Of a stretch of DNA of 37,556 bases, positions 23,164 through 36,355 are shown piece by piece; the first letter of the stretch is position 1; each line of letters starts with the position of its first letter. The stretch spans positions 26,315,887 to 26,353,442 of the forward strand of contig NC_069002.1 in assembly GCF_001194135.2 (NCBI RefSeq). Reading direction: 5' to 3'. The notes below the pieces were generated by a model, which saw nothing but the letters and a program-made list of their open reading frames with translations, had not been told where the DNA came from and did not search any database. Made by a program: the position numbers and the translations under genes. The DNA comes from Octopus bimaculoides. Lineage: Eukaryota.

Positions 23164-23572
23164 CAAGCAAGTCTGTGGCATTGAGCAGAATATTTGCTAT
23201 AATGATATTTCTGCTTCAGCAAATCAGTGTTGAATCTGAAATGTAATGGAAAAATAGGTCAGTTTCAAAACATTGATGACAAAAGCAAAGTTTGAAGGGA
23301 ATTGTAGTCATTTCCTCTGATTTCTAAATAGAAGCAAATAGGAAATAACTTATTGACCAAAGGCAACAAGCAAATCTGTGGTATTGAGCAGAATATTTTC
23401 TATAATGATATTTCTGCTTCAGCAATTCTGCACTGAATCTGTCTGAAATGTAATGGAAAATAGGTCAGTTTCAAAACATTGGTGACAAAAGCAAAGTTTG
23501 AAGGGAATAGTAGTCATTTCCTTTGATTTCTTTGATTTCAAATAAAAAATAACATTTAATGATCAAAGGCAA
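23164..23572. repeat. ~203-bp direct tandem duplication
   Basis: CAAGCAA(G/A)TCTGTGG(C/T)ATTGAGCAGAATATTT... occurs at 23164 and 23367. Confidence 0.9.
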
Positions 23573-23859
23573 AAAAAATTTTAATTTTGTTACTCAGTGA
23601 TATGGGAGTACACATTCTTCATCATCAAACACTCCAATACTCTGCTGTTCCTCGAGCGTTGTTTCAAAGATATGGTTCTACATTTGGAAAGAATATTTCA
23701 GATTGCCTTTAAGCCTTTATAATCATTTAGATTAGTCCACATTCAGAATTAATTGGGATTAATTAGGAAGCATTTTCTTAGTTCAAATCTTGCAACATTT
23801 TACCATTCTCGTTGTCATCCATGATTTTAGATATCTTTGAGTTTTCAGCAAAATATGTG

Positions 23860-24275
23860 CATATTGTTTCAGTTAACAGCATCATACCGTTATGTTTTAT
23901 GTCTCGCTTGTTTCATTTACTGGGTTATGGCCATGCTGGGGCACTACCTTAAAGGGTTTTGTTTTATGAAATCAATCCTGGTACTAACCTTTTTTTATGT
24001 TTTGTTCTTATTCTATTGGTCTCTTTTGCTGGACTTCTAGGTTATGGGGGCATAAACAAACCATCACCAGTTGTCAAGTGGTGACAGGGCTCAAACACAA
24101 TGACACATACATACATGATGGGCTTCCATACAGTTTCTATCTGCTGAATTTTACTTACAAGGCATTAGTTGTCCCAGTGTTATCATAGAAAACACTTGCC
24201 CAAGGTACCATGCAGTGGGACTGAACTTGAAACCACGTGGTTGCAAGGCCAAGGCACCACCTCACTGCCATGCCA
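23860..24275 (-). mobile_element. SINE family 1, diverged full copy
   Basis: GGCCATGCTGGGGCAC...CAGTTGTCAAGTGGTG...ACACTTGCCCAAGGTACCATGCAGTGGGACTGAAC. Confidence 0.75.
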
Positions 24276-24770
24276 TTTGTGAAGTAATTTAAATGAGATT
24301 TGTCTTAATACACAACCCTGTTGTATGCTGCTATACCTACCATCAGCACAACCTTTTCTTTTCTTCCAAAATTGCTGGCATAAATATAAAACTTCCTGAA
24401 TCTTTAATAAAAATCTCCACTGGTGACTAAATCAATATATCATACGTCCAGTTTGTGACCCGTTTCAGGTATTTCTGTGTCAGTATGTGGTACAAAACCA
24501 TGCTGTTTCTTCATTAGCAGGCTGTTACTGGCCATGTGGCTTAACTGTCTGATAATTAAACTCCTGCCTTTTACATTAGGCAGCTGTCAAATTCACTGAT
24601 CAATCATTTTGCACTGAGTTGTTGCATAGTTTGTGTAATTCAATAAACACTCAAAAATCGTCATCCTTTCAATAATTGTCTATGGTGTTGTTGTTGTTGT
24701 GTAGTCTCAGGCCAGCTCTGATTAAGTAGTTCTATGATCAGAAGCATTCCAACAATGGCCATACTGCCGA

Positions 24771-24928
24771 CTGGTGCCACATGAAAAGCACTTGTGCCAG
24801 TACCACATTCAAAGCACTTGTCCTGCTACCACATAAAAACCACTTGTACTGGTGCCACATGAAAATTGCCCATGCTGGTGCCACATTACAAAGCACCCAT
24901 GCAGAAGTCATGTAAGGACCACCCAGTA
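24771..24928 (+). repeat. 26-bp minisatellite, 5-6 units
   Basis: CTGGTGCCACATGAAAAGCACTTGTG-like units at 24771, 24797, 24823, 24849 and 24875, with no spacers. Confidence 0.85.
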
Positions 24929-25364
24929 CACTCTGTAGATTTGATGGCATTAGGAAGGACATTCAACCATAGAAACCTTTCCAAAACAGGTAATTGGAAC
25001 AGGGTGCGGCTCTCGGTTTGCCAGCTCCTGTCAAACCATCCAATCCATGCCAGCATGGAAAACAGACGTTGAATGATGATGATGATGATGATGATAATCT
25101 TTTGGGTTATTAGTAGTAGTGGTGCTGTTGTTGTTTTTGTTGTTCCTTCTGTCCAAAGTCAGTGCTGACCGAGTAGAGCTATTTTGCTTAAAGACATTCA
25201 AGCGTGACTTTATCGAGTCTATAAGCAAAAGGCTTGAATCTACCAAAAATACGGTTTACTGTGCTTCAAGTTTGTTTACGGTTAGGAGCTAAATGTAGAA
25301 GTGTTGGGAAATATGAGTTAAAACTCAAAAGAGAGTTTAGCTGGAAATAATAGCTTAGAATGTA

Positions 25365-25680
25365 CCATCACCATGATCATCATCCTCGTTGTCGTCATCA
25401 TCGTCATCATCATCATCACCATCATCACCATCATCATCATCAGCATTGTCATCATCACCACCATCGTCAGCATCATCATCATCACCACCACCACCATCAT
25501 CATCTTCATCGTCATTATCAGCATCATCACCACCATCACCACCACCACCATCATCAGCATCATCATCATCATCATCGTCTTCACCATCATCATCGTCATC
25601 ATCTTCATCAACTTCATCATCTTCATCATCGTCATCATCATCACCACTGTCATCATCATCGTCGTCGTCGTCATCATTCT
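25365..25680. repeat. (CAT)n-type trinucleotide repeat
   Basis: Imperfect CAT/CAC/CGT runs. Confidence 0.95.
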
Positions 25681-27579
25681 AAAGCCTTTTTTTTTCTCCA
25701 TGCTTGTTGAATTCATTGACATAGACTTTCTATGGCCGAACACCTTTCCTGTTGTCAGCCATCTCCTATTTCTATTAAAGCTTATGTTTCCACATGACCG
25801 GACATGTTTGCAACGGAGATTGGAAATGAAGGTAACCGTTGCATGTTTGTGATATTTATTTTACAACTGACCCACTGAATGAAAAAAAAATAGTGGTGGG
25901 TGGGGGGTGCAGAAATCTGCCTTCCAGAACCCAGACATTTTGACCAATGGTTGTGCTCCAGTTTGGTCTAATCCCATTGGCTGAAACTAATTAAACAGCG
26001 TAATAGAGATACAAGTTTCTGCGTTCCTTAAACCAAGAACGTTGTAGCTTCGTTAGAATCTTTAATTAACTAAAAGCCATATTAATTAAGAAGCAGTATA
26101 AGAATTTTCACTAAAATTATTAACCGATTCCTTAATCCTGTTGATCTCAAGAACTCTCTCTCACAGAACCAGTTTTGAAATAATCAAGACAGATTACAGA
26201 ACTATTTTCATGTGGAATATCAAAGTGGCTGTTAGTTTTGAAGTAGAATTATAATGGAATTGTCATTCTTCCCTACATCAAACCATTTCCATTTCCCATT
26301 ATCCTTCCGCCCCCCCCCCCCACTGCCTACTATCTCCACCAGTCTCCTCCTTTCTGTGCCTTCTCTCCTCTGCCTTGTTCTCCATCATTAACACTTCACT
26401 CATCTGCTATCACTCTCACCCTGGACCCTCACTGTCCTTACACACGTACCCCAATCCCTGTCCCTTGAGGCTTTCCTATATCTCAATCCATTATTTGCTT
26501 CAATCACCTCTAACCTGCCCACCCACCCTATCCAAACTTCTGTACCACCCCACTTATTCTTCCCCTCTCCCCCCAATGTTCCTCAACAGCATCTCCCAAC
26601 ACATCTTCACCATCATCTCTCCTACTATTGCTCTCTTTATCTTCCTCTCTGTCTCACCCGCTCTTTTTATCTGTCTCTTTAACCCACCCTCCTTTCTTTT
26701 TCATATTGGAGTATCCATGTATCTACTCTACACCAAGACACCTATCTCTGTCTCCACAATAGTGCTAATCCCTCATCAACTGGCATAAAGCCACTACCCC
26801 CTTTCTACTACTCCCTCTTCCCAGCTGAGGAAGTCTTTTTCTTGCAAGTTATTTGGTGACCCTGTTGGTTCTGGTGCCACATGAAAAAGCACCCAGTACA
26901 ATTTGTAAAGGGATTGGCATTAGGAAGGGCATCCAGCCCTAGAAACCATGCCAGAACAGACAACGAAGCCTAGTGTGGCCCCTGGCCCCACCAGTTCCTG
27001 TCAAGCCATCCTACCCATGCTAGCATAGAAAATGGATGTTAAATCATGATGATGATGATGAGGATGAGGATTGATGATTGATGATGATTTATGAGGACTG
27101 ATGGTTGATGATGATTGATGGTGATGAGGATGATAACTAGATGTCTTAGATTAGAAACCAATTGCTTCTTTATTGTTGAGAATAAAATGCCAGAAAGTAT
27201 GGCATTTTCTCCAATTGGTGTCAGGTTGGTGCATTGATATGTGAGTGAAGATAAGAATCAACAACTACAGAGATAAAATTCTTCAAATGTGTGAAGTTAT
27301 CAGGTGCAAATTCCTTGATTCTGTCAATTTTCTTATAATTTGAAGAAGATACAAATTCTTTAATTTACCATCTTCATTGTCAAGAACGAATGGCATCAAC
27401 AGAGCTTTCCATATCCACCGTTAGACTTCTAGAGATACAACAAGATAAGAAGGTTTCACTAATTGAAAGTTCAAATGAATCCAATATTGAAATATTGAAG
27501 TCAATAACCATTCTTAACTTCTGTGACAAAAAACACTTCATTGCCAACTTACCTGCCTTCTTTTTTTTTTTTGTTGAAT

Positions 27580-27619
<40 letters not shown>

Positions 27620-27659
27620 ATGATTCTTGATGTGAAATTGTGTTGAAACAGGTGTTGTA

Positions 27660-27965
27660 CACGTGGAGCAGAGAGGACGGAAGTTTTTGAAAAATTCACA
27701 AAATCATTAATTTTAGCTACAAACAAATTTTATTGACATCAATGTGTTCGTATTGAATTAGCATTTGTCAAAATCAAGTTTGGAAAACAACATCCATCAT
27801 TTGGTGTCCGTTTTCATTGATGCATTTCTGAAGGTGTTCTTGGAAAGTGGCCTCTACTCTCTTTGGCATTACTCTGTCGATTTGGGTGACTTCCACATGA
27901 ATAGCTTCCTTGAAATCGTCCAATGTATCGGGCTGCACATAATCAAAGTGACCCCCACCTCACCT
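27660..27965 (-). mobile_element. Truncated Tc1/mariner fragment (transposase C-terminus plus one end), rosa/DD41D-like
   Basis: The minus strand of ~27777-27960 reads WGHFDYVQPDTLDDFKEAIHVEVTQIDRVMPKRVEATFQEHLQKCINENGHQMMDVVFQT*, resembling mariner C-termini. Probable terminus TA|CACGTGGAGCAG at 27658-27671. The subfamily call is tentative. Confidence 0.7.
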
Positions 27966-30199
27966 GAAAATTGCTGGCCTTGTGCCAGAATTAAAAAGTG
28001 CTATTACCATTATGAGTTTTCTTTTTCCTTCAATTTTGCTTCCATTTCTTGCTGAGTGTCTTCCCGACACCTAGGACAAATTATTATCTTTGAGTAAGAG
28101 AGCTGCACTTGCTGTCAAAGTGACACTGGGGTACAAATATACAAAGCCCAACATACCCATCATGACTACCCATCTGATAAGGGTACACCAGGCACATGCA
28201 TCACAACCATATGTGCTCGACATGGTGATCTCATATCAAGATAAACAGTGCATGACCTTGCAGGTGGGGCCCACTTAGAATTTTCTTCAGGCTAAGTAGC
28301 TCATCCTGCTCAAAAGGTCCCTGAATAAGGTTTGTTTAAGGTTGTTGAATGAAACACCTATATTTCCAGAGGTGAATTATCCAAACCCCAAAGAATTCCT
28401 CTCAACACATGGCTATGATGCTCCCCCAGTTTTGTTTTTAGCCTTCTGAGGTCGATAAAATTAGTACCAGTGAAATACTGGGGTCAATGTAATTGAGTAA
28501 TCTCTGCCTCTCAAAAATCAATAATCATTATTTTTTGCAGTTCCCAAATCAAAACTCATTATTCTTGCCTAAATCAAAAATTATTATTCTTTGCGGTTCC
28601 CATTTTAAGAGGGTGGTCATCTGGCAGAATTGTTAGAACATTGGAAAAAGTATTGGGTTACTTCTTCTGGCCCTTTCCATTCTGATTTCAAATCCTGCAG
28701 AGGTCCTCTGCATTTTATCCTTTTAGGGTCGATAGAATACAGTACCGGTCAATGGTGTCAATTAATTCCACCATGACTACCACCACCACCACTGGAAATT
28801 GTTGACCTTTGTCTTAGACAAAATCTTTTCTACTCCAGGCACAAGTCCTGAAATTTTGGGAGAGGTGGCAAGTTGATTAGACCAACTCCAGTACACAACT
28901 GGTACTTAATTTATCGACCCCGAAAAGATGACAGGCAAAGTTGACCTCGGCAGAATTCGAACTCAGAAAGTAAAGAAAGACGAAATACTGCAAGGCATTT
29001 CGCCCAGCATGCTAATGCTTCTGCCAGCTCACCACCTTAAACTGGAATGGTGATGACAATGACCCAGTGTTTTGTAAAGCCTTAATAAGTCTAGGATTGT
29101 TTTTTCATGTTTCGTTTAGGCTTCCATAGTTTTTAGCAAAACAATACACATCCAAAGAAAATTCCCACAGTTTTTTGTAATAACAAATGATAAAGCTTTG
29201 AAACACAATATTTTAAACTTCCAAATTAAAACTTTTCTTCAGACCTACTTTGTGGCGGTGATGAAAGCAAATAAGAGAGCACCAACACAAGTCTACCTCG
29301 AATCCAACATTGCAAAGAATGCTATGCTGCCGGCAGCACATCAAACTTTTGACATGCAAAGAAAATTACATTCTTTTCTCCATTGCAGGATTGAGGAAAC
29401 AACAATGTCAATCCTAACGAATCTTGACATGGAATATAATTAACTATTTCTGGGTTGGTAGTCACATGCTGGTCCAGGTGATTGGCGGCTGAATGAATGG
29501 AAATTTCTCTGCAACTCCTGGGCAACACTTTATGACTCGGCTTGTTTTCTTTGTTTCTGAATAGCTATGAGGTTCACTTGTACTTCAGAGCTGAGGGGAG
29601 TCAGCCATAGAGATAACACCCGACCATCTAGCTGTCAAAAGTGAGTCTTCCTTTGGGCATAAGGAAACATTTGAATTTGCCAACCCCTGCCCCTCTATGT
29701 TATTAGGGAAAATTCAGTAATTGATTAAAAAAAAAAGACAAAACAAAAAAAAAACTAAGGAACGGCAGTGGCAGCAGAGGTGCTGCTGCTGCTGGGTGTA
29801 ATTTCAGTAAAGAAAAGATATTTTGCTAAGAATGTAGGATGTTAACTCTTTATCTGCCATTTTTCATCTCCTGCTCTTGCCATCTGGAGAAGCCATATAT
29901 TCACCTCTTCAGCAAGACACTTGTTCTTGTTCCTCCATCATACATTTAACCTCCTTCAATGCTCCTCCTTGTTCAGATAAGATGGTTCTGTCTTGCGAAT
30001 ACTTGGTGACTTCACTAGTGTTGGTACCACAGTAGGACTTGTATATTCTGTAATGGGGTTGGTGTTAGGAAGGGCACCCAGCTGTAGAAACCGTGCTAAG
30101 GCAGGCATTGGGGACTTAGTGCAGTGCTCTGGTTTGTCCATTCCTTTCGAACCTTCCAACCCATCCCAGATTAGAAAAGGAACATTAAGGGATGATGCT

Positions 30200-30577
30200 G
30201 GAGCCATTAAGTAAACAGTGAGAGAGCAATGATGAGAGAAATGTATGGTGTGAGGACTTGAGGAGGATGCTGGGGCTGGAGGAATCGGTGGAATGGTAGG
30301 CAAGGGCAAATGGAGTGCGTTGGTATGGGCATGTGCTGAGGAGGGATGAGGAGCATGTTCTGAAGATGGTGCTTGAGTTTGAGGTAAATGGAGCGTGAAA
30401 GCAAGGTAGGCCAAGGAAAAGATGGAGGAGGAAATTGAGAGGGTTGGCTTGAGAAGGGAGGATGCCCAAAACTGGGCAAGATGGTGTGAGGACGGTTGCT
30501 ATGGCATTGAGGTAGATCCAGCCACCCCCGTTAACGGGGATAAAACCCGGATTTAAAATAATGGATGATGATGATGA
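30200..30577 (+). mobile_element. RTE-clade LINE 3' fragment
   Basis: Reads EDLRRMLGLEES...VRWYGHVLRRDEEHVLKMVLEFEVNG.*KQGRPRKRW, the RWxGHVxR...GxRxRGRPxxxW C-terminal signature of RTE ORFs. Ends in a (GAT)n tail. Confidence 0.85.
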
Positions 30578-31117
30578 AGGTACATGACCCAGTAGTTGCA
30601 GTGTTGCACTCATGGTCATGAGATCGTGGTTTCAATTCCCAGAGCATTTGCTCCACTCCACTCAGTTGTAAGTGAGTAACCTTGTGAATGATTGGCATGT
30701 ACGGATCGGATGGTGGTTCAGAAAAATCCCCCAAATGGAAGTCTTGCAGGCCATGTTTTGTACTGAGTGATTGAAAGAATGAATTGAACAACTTGTCCTG
30801 TGAACCCCAACTGGTTCGAAGGTGGTGATGATGACGATGATGATGAAGTAAATGACTAACTGTGACACCCACCCACACTCAATCACCTGCCCGTCACTTC
30901 ACCTGATATTGATTTTATCTTTAATATTCCTTTGAAGTACTTTGTTAATAAAACAAAAAGTAAGTGCTAACGCACATAATGTGAACCAAATTACTTTAAT
31001 GAATGAAGGCTATACTTGTATTGAGATGAGGTAAACATTGTTGAATACTGATTAACTCAACCAAACAAAAGCAAGGAAGAAGACTAAGAATACAAAAATA
31101 AACAACAGCAAATGTAT

Positions 31118-31500
31118 GAGTGGTGCTGTGTGGTTAGGAGTTTACTTCCCAATCACTAGTTCCAAGTTCAATCCCACCTTGGCTTAGCACCCACCTTGGG
31201 CAAGTGTCTTTTACTATATATAGCCCTGGGCCAATCAAAGTCTTATGAGTAGATCTTGTTAATAGAACCAGAAAGAAGTCTGCCATAATACATCTATATG
31301 TATGTGTGTGTGTGTGTGTGTGTTTGTTCCTCTCCACCGCTTGACAACCAGTGTTGGTTTGTTTACATCCCTGTAGCTTAGTGGTTCAGCAAAAAGAGAC
31401 TGATAGAATGAGTACTTAACTAAAAAAAAAAACCCCAGAAGTTATGGTGGCCCCAGCATGGCCACAATCCAACTGTTGAAACAAACAAAAGCTAAAAGAT
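31118..31500 (+). mobile_element. SINE family 1
   Basis: GCTGTGTGGTTAGGAG...GTTCAATCCC...CACCTTGGGCAAGTGTCTT...CCCCAGCATGGCCACAATC. Confidence 0.75.
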
Positions 31501-31984
31501 AACAATTTCCATTTTGAGAGGGTTCAATGCACCAAGAAAACCCAATTAATTATAATTAATTATAATTAATTATAATTAATGTGGTGAGTGGATGAGAATA
31601 TTCTCATCTGTGGTAAATGTTAGGATAGATTACCCTCCATATGTTTTGGTCTTATCACTCCTCTTCAGTCAGATATGGTCATTCTTTTGTTTGCTATTGT
31701 GATACAAGCAGAAAGATTGTTTCTGTGCTTATTTTGTTAGTTTTTATGTCCATTTTTCTATGCTAGCATGAGTTAGATAAATATATTACTGAGGACCTTT
31801 TCCTGTTGTTATCCCTTACTTGTCTTTCAAGCATGGAATCCTTTATTTTACATATCTTCAAGACACAAAGCCAGTAGTGGAGGATTTATTTGCAGAAGGA
31901 ATTATGACGATAATACTGCTTCTCACTCACAATTTTCAGAGGAATAAATTACAACCCCTCTCTCTCTCACACACACACACACAG

Positions 31985-32018
<34 letters not shown>

Positions 32019-34187
32019 ACTAATCAGTTCAGTGGGGCATTAATCAATCACATTATAGATTGCAACTTTGTAATGTATCAATCGCTATTTAAACTTCACT
32101 GAACTAAATGAATGATTGACTAACTTTGTCCACATACACTCGTCTGACCAATGATTAAGGTCAGCCATTTGGCTAAATTAACTAACGTGTCATATCAGTT
32201 TTAGATACACATATATTGTCTGTCTGTCTGTCTGTCTCTATCTATTTCTCTGTCTGTTTGTATGTCCATCTTTCTATCCACCTCTCTGCTTGTCTCTCCA
32301 TCCTTCTCTCTCCCTGTCTCAGATATAACTCTAGTACTGCAGACATGTTATTGGCTGAATGGTCAGTGTAACTTGACCAGTTGAAGTTTGACAGTCCATA
32401 TTTAGTCACTTGTCCATGGACAAAGCTATTTGCCGACCACAATACATGTGGTGCCATGGTCCAAAATATTTGCTGACCTCAGTCCATGTGGCTGTAAATA
32501 GGTGTCATTATAAGAAATGCTCAGTGGCATTTTTTCTGACTTTATTTTGTGAGTTCAAATTCCGCTGAGGTCAACTTTCATCCTTTCAGGGTCAATGAAA
32601 TAAGTACCAGTTAAATATTGGGGATCAGTGTAATCAACCTCTTAGCTGCAAACAAAATTTCACAAATGTTCATATCATATATTTGCAGTTTGCTCCTGGG
32701 ACTAAAAATGTTCCCTATTCCTGCTACATATTGTTTCTGGACTTGGTTAGAAATGACACCTAAATTTCCCTCAGTTTACATCTTTACCAACTTTAAAAGG
32801 AAAAGACACATTAGATAATGTAATCCTAGATACATAATGCTCCACCCTCCCTTGAAAGGGATGGGATGGTCATAACTAGGCTGCCTTTGATCTGGGCTAA
32901 ACAACACTGAGGAGACCCCCTTTGGTCATGAATGACCATGGGATTGCACCTAGAAAGTTACCCTCCCAGGCACAAGTCTGGGCAAGGGTGTCTGTGGAAG
33001 ACCAGCAGTCGCCCATGCATACCAGCCTCTTCATGCCACTGATGTTATTCAAGGGTAAGGCAAAGGGGTCGATACAGCTTAGCACCAGTGATGTTGCAAC
33101 TCATTTCTACAGCTGAGTGAACTGGAGAAACGTGAAATAAAGTGTCTTGCTCAAGAACACAACACAGAGCGCGGTCTGGGAATCGAACTCACTACCTCAC
33201 AATCGTAAGCTCAATGCTCTAACCACTGAACCATGCACCTTCACTAATAGGTATCATAAATATACAATGGCTTTAATTTCTTGATTAAGTTAATTGTTCC
33301 CATAACATTTCTTTTGTTCAGGTACCTGAATTTTTTTTACCAATCTTTTCCACCTGTTTTGATCTATAGCTTTCTTCAAACAACCCAGGTTCTGAATGAG
33401 CTGATATAGAATTAAATATTGGAGTAAATTCCATTCATGGATTTCATTGGGATTGGTAATGCTAATGACCCCAAGAGATATTGGCACCATTGGTTCTCAA
33501 GGAGCTCATCCATTTTTACAGAATTTGCTTTTTTTTTTTTTATTTTAATACAGCTGGGTATCCACATGTCCTCAGCTCAGTATAGGTCAGTTTAGCCACT
33601 GAGTGCTCAAACATGATCAAGCAACACCAGAGGATATGCTTAGCAATATCAAATTTTCCTCAACTCTAATGGAATTGGTTCTGATATTAATTCTTTTGAT
33701 CTTGATCTGTCTGGGACTCTCTCTGGTTTGATGATACAAACTTTTTGTTTTAAAATGATCTAAATTAAAATTTTCCATCAAAATTCCATGTAATATTCCA
33801 AACACTAGTTTGATAATGGCAGAGTTATTTTACTAAATTCTTCATTAGCTTCAAAATTAATTGAAGCAAATGCAGTGTATTTTCACAGAAATATGGTAAC
33901 AAAAGGGTTAAAGTGATCTAAATTAAAACCTTCCATCAAAACTTCATGTTAATTTATGTTTCAAACTCCAGTTTAGTAATAGCAAAGTTGTTTTACTAAA
34001 TTCTACATTATTTTCAAAATTTATTGAAAAAAGGTCATGTATTACAACAGCAGTTTGGTAACAAAAGCACCAAACCATTTTATACCACCTTGCTTGAAAT
34101 TGCCATTGGTTTTGTAGCTTAAACTTAAAGAGAATTAAAACAACCATAAAAATATCATATTAATCTATGTTCCAAACACCAGCTGAA

Positions 34188-34408
34188 CCCTATTTTTTAC
34201 CATATTTCTGTTGAGATGCTCTGTGTTTCTTTCAATTATTTTAAATATAACAAAGAATTTAGTAAAATAACTTAGTTTTCATTCAGCTAGTGTTAGGAAC
34301 ATAAATTGTGACTAAGGTTTGGTGGAAGATTTTAATTCAGAACTTATGAAAACAAGACATTTGTACTCAGAGCCAGGGGTGGTTTCAGCTGGGTTAGTAT
34401 CAAAAGGG
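34188..34408 (+). mobile_element. piggyBac-type MITE family A
   Basis: TGAA|CCC...GGG|TTAA. Highly similar to 34440-34661. Confidence 0.8.
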
Positions 34409-34439
34409 TTAAGAATTGTTTCTCTATTATATATTTTAA

Positions 34440-34661
34440 CCCTTTTGTTACCATATTTCTGTTGAGATGCTCTGTGTTTCTTTCAATTAATTTTGAATAT
34501 AACAAAGAATTTAGTAAAATAACTTAGTTATCATTCAGCTAGTGTTAGGAGCATAAATTGTGACTAAGATTTGGTGGAAGATTTTAATTCAAAACTTATG
34601 AAAACAAGACATTTGTACTACAGAATCAGAGCTGGTTTCAGTTGGGTTGGTAACAAAAGGG
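34440..34661 (+). mobile_element. piggyBac-type MITE family A, perfect TIRs
   Basis: TTAA|CCCTTTTGTTACCA...TGGTAACAAAAGGG|TTAA: a perfect 14-bp TIR with TTAA target-site duplication. Confidence 0.88.
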
Positions 34662-35388
34662 TTAATAATGACAGTTATTTTACTGAATTCTTCATTATTT
34701 TCAAAATGAATTGGAGCAAAAGTAGTGCATTCTAACAGAAGTATGGCATCAAAAAGTTAAATTGATTGAAATTAAAACCTTCCATCAGAATTTCCTCCTA
34801 ATTTATGTCCCAAATACCAGTTTGATATTGACAAATTATTTTACTAAATGTTTCTGTATTTTCAGAATTAATTGAAACAATAGCAGTGTACTTTAACAGA
34901 AATATGGTTGCAGTAAAATTAGAGTTTTCTAAATGAAAACCTTCCTTCAAAATTCCTTGTTAATCTATGTTCCAAACACTAGCATAATAATGACAAAATT
35001 ATTTTACTAAATTCTCCATCATTTTCAAAATTAATTGAAATGAAGATAGTGTATAGTAGCAGAAATATGGTAACAAAGAGTTAAGCTGTTGTATATGCTT
35101 CAGTAAAAACAAATATTTTATTTTCACAAAGATTTTCATGTTGAATTAATGGTTGTCTTAAACTTGCAAAATCTCATATTTTGAAAGATTCTGTGAAGAT
35201 TCACAAAGACTTTCTAACAAGTTATTAATTCTCACAAGACTGCCTTTGATGAGGGAAAATTAAAAAGAAAAAAAAAAATTTGTTTTTCAAGAAATGCAGT
35301 GCTTATCGTGACCTTTCTGACCTAGTGTATCTAAGACTCCATTGTACAACATGTCTTCCTTTTTGTAAAATGATATGGTATGATTTAG

Positions 35389-35609
35389 TCCTTTAGCATT
35401 TAAACTGGCCATAATTGGCCCAAATATTGTTCCTTGTTTTATGTTTAAACCAACAGGATTCACCTTCTCACACCTATCCTACAATGTCATTCTGAAAATA
35501 AACAGTCACATCACTGAAATCTGAAAGTTACAAAGTAATACATGATTAATTCAAAATAATCCGAATATATAAGCATCACATTCGACCGAGTAATCTGAAT
35601 GCTAAAAGG
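35389..35609. mobile_element. piggyBac-type MITE family B
   Basis: TTAG|TCCTTTAGCATT...AATGCTAAAAGG|TTAA (degenerate CCCTTTAGCATT TIRs). A second, SINE-interrupted copy spans ~35610-36154. Confidence 0.65.
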
Positions 35610-35654
35610 TTAAACTTGCCATACCCTGTCCATATATTCTACCAGTATCAAGGT

Positions 35655-35975
35655 CAAAGTGAAGGCTCAGTAGTTACGGTGTTCACCTCATGATCGTAAG
35701 GTCGTGAGTTCGATTCCCGGCGACGCACTGTGTCCTTGAGCAAGACACTTTATTTCACGTTGCTCCAGTGCACTCAGCTGGCAAAAATGAGTAGTACCTG
35801 TATTTCAAAGGGCCAACCTTGTCACACTCTTTGTCACGCTGAATCTCCCTGAGGGCTACGTTAAGGGTACACGTGTCTGTGGAGTGCTCAGTCACTTGCA
35901 TGTTAATTTCATGAGTAGGCTGTTCTGTTCATTGGATCAACTGGAACCCTCATTGTTGTAACCAATGGAATGCTT
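35655..35975 (+). mobile_element. tRNA-derived SINE family 3; related copies at 32905-33245(-), 7075-7242(-), 30578-30700(+)
   Basis: A box GGCTCAGTAGTTA, B box GAGTTCGATTCCC, then TGTCCTTGAGCAAGACACTTTATTTCACGTTGCTCCAGT. The 3' bodies differ between copies. Confidence 0.75.
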
Positions 35976-36355
35976 ATATCATGTTCAAACTAGCCAGATC
36001 TGACCTCTCACACCTATCCTGCAATCTCATTCTAAACATAAGCAAGCACATCATCAAAACCTCAAAGCTACAAGATAATGCATGATTAATCCAAAACATT
36101 ATGAATAAATAAGCATTGTATTTGACGAGAGTAATTTGAATGCTCAAAGGTTAACAAAGACTTAACTGTTATTTCTAGCAGATCAAGGGACCATTTCAGA
36201 TCTCCTTCCTATGCCTCACAATTAATCATATTTGTCTCAGTTGCATGAGATAAATGGATACTGATTGACTGAATGAAACAGATGAAACACACTATAAGAT
36301 ATTTCACTTTCAATCATACTCAATCTTCGGTCAGTCATTTATGCTGTAATTATAG

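Larger units (their letters stand above)
33762..35084 (+). repeat. Tandem array of ~155-165-bp modules related to MITE family A ends
   Basis: About five diverged modules of the form AAATTAAAACCTTCCATC...TTATTTTACTAAATTC...GAAATATGGTAACAAAAGGGTTAA, starting near 33762, 33920, 34134 (interrupted), 34769 and 34932. Confidence 0.7.

Noticed and set aside
24771-24928. CRISPR-like array
   Set aside because: The 26-bp units are contiguous with no unique spacers, there are no cas genes, and the context is eukaryotic.
26300-26820. ORF 26375-26788 in a C/T-rich tract
   Set aside because: The composition-biased translation has no domain; more likely a TE 3' region or low-complexity DNA.
29450-29615. 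Minus-strand frame MADSPQL*STSEPHSY...KCCPGVAEKFPFIQPPITWTSM with an in-frame TGA (selenoprotein idea)
   Set aside because: No SECIS, no recognisable redox motif and no homology; compatible with chance.
31544-31579. (AATTAATTAT)n self-complementary repeat, and the (ATT)n/(AAT)n inversion at 14164-14279
   Set aside because: Low-complexity AT sequence is palindromic by chance; there is no evidence of function.
33310-33405. Minus-strand exon candidate (HSEPGLFEESYRSKQVEKIG)
   Set aside because: An alternative frame reads LKKAIDQNRWKRLVKKI, resembling the A-x-D-R-x-x-W end of RTE ORFs, so an old LINE remnant is at least as likely.
35655-35730. tRNA genes at A/B-box sites (also 16284 and 33170-33245)
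   Set aside because: Each continues into a SINE body and occurs as multiple diverged copies; no complete cloverleaf is evident.
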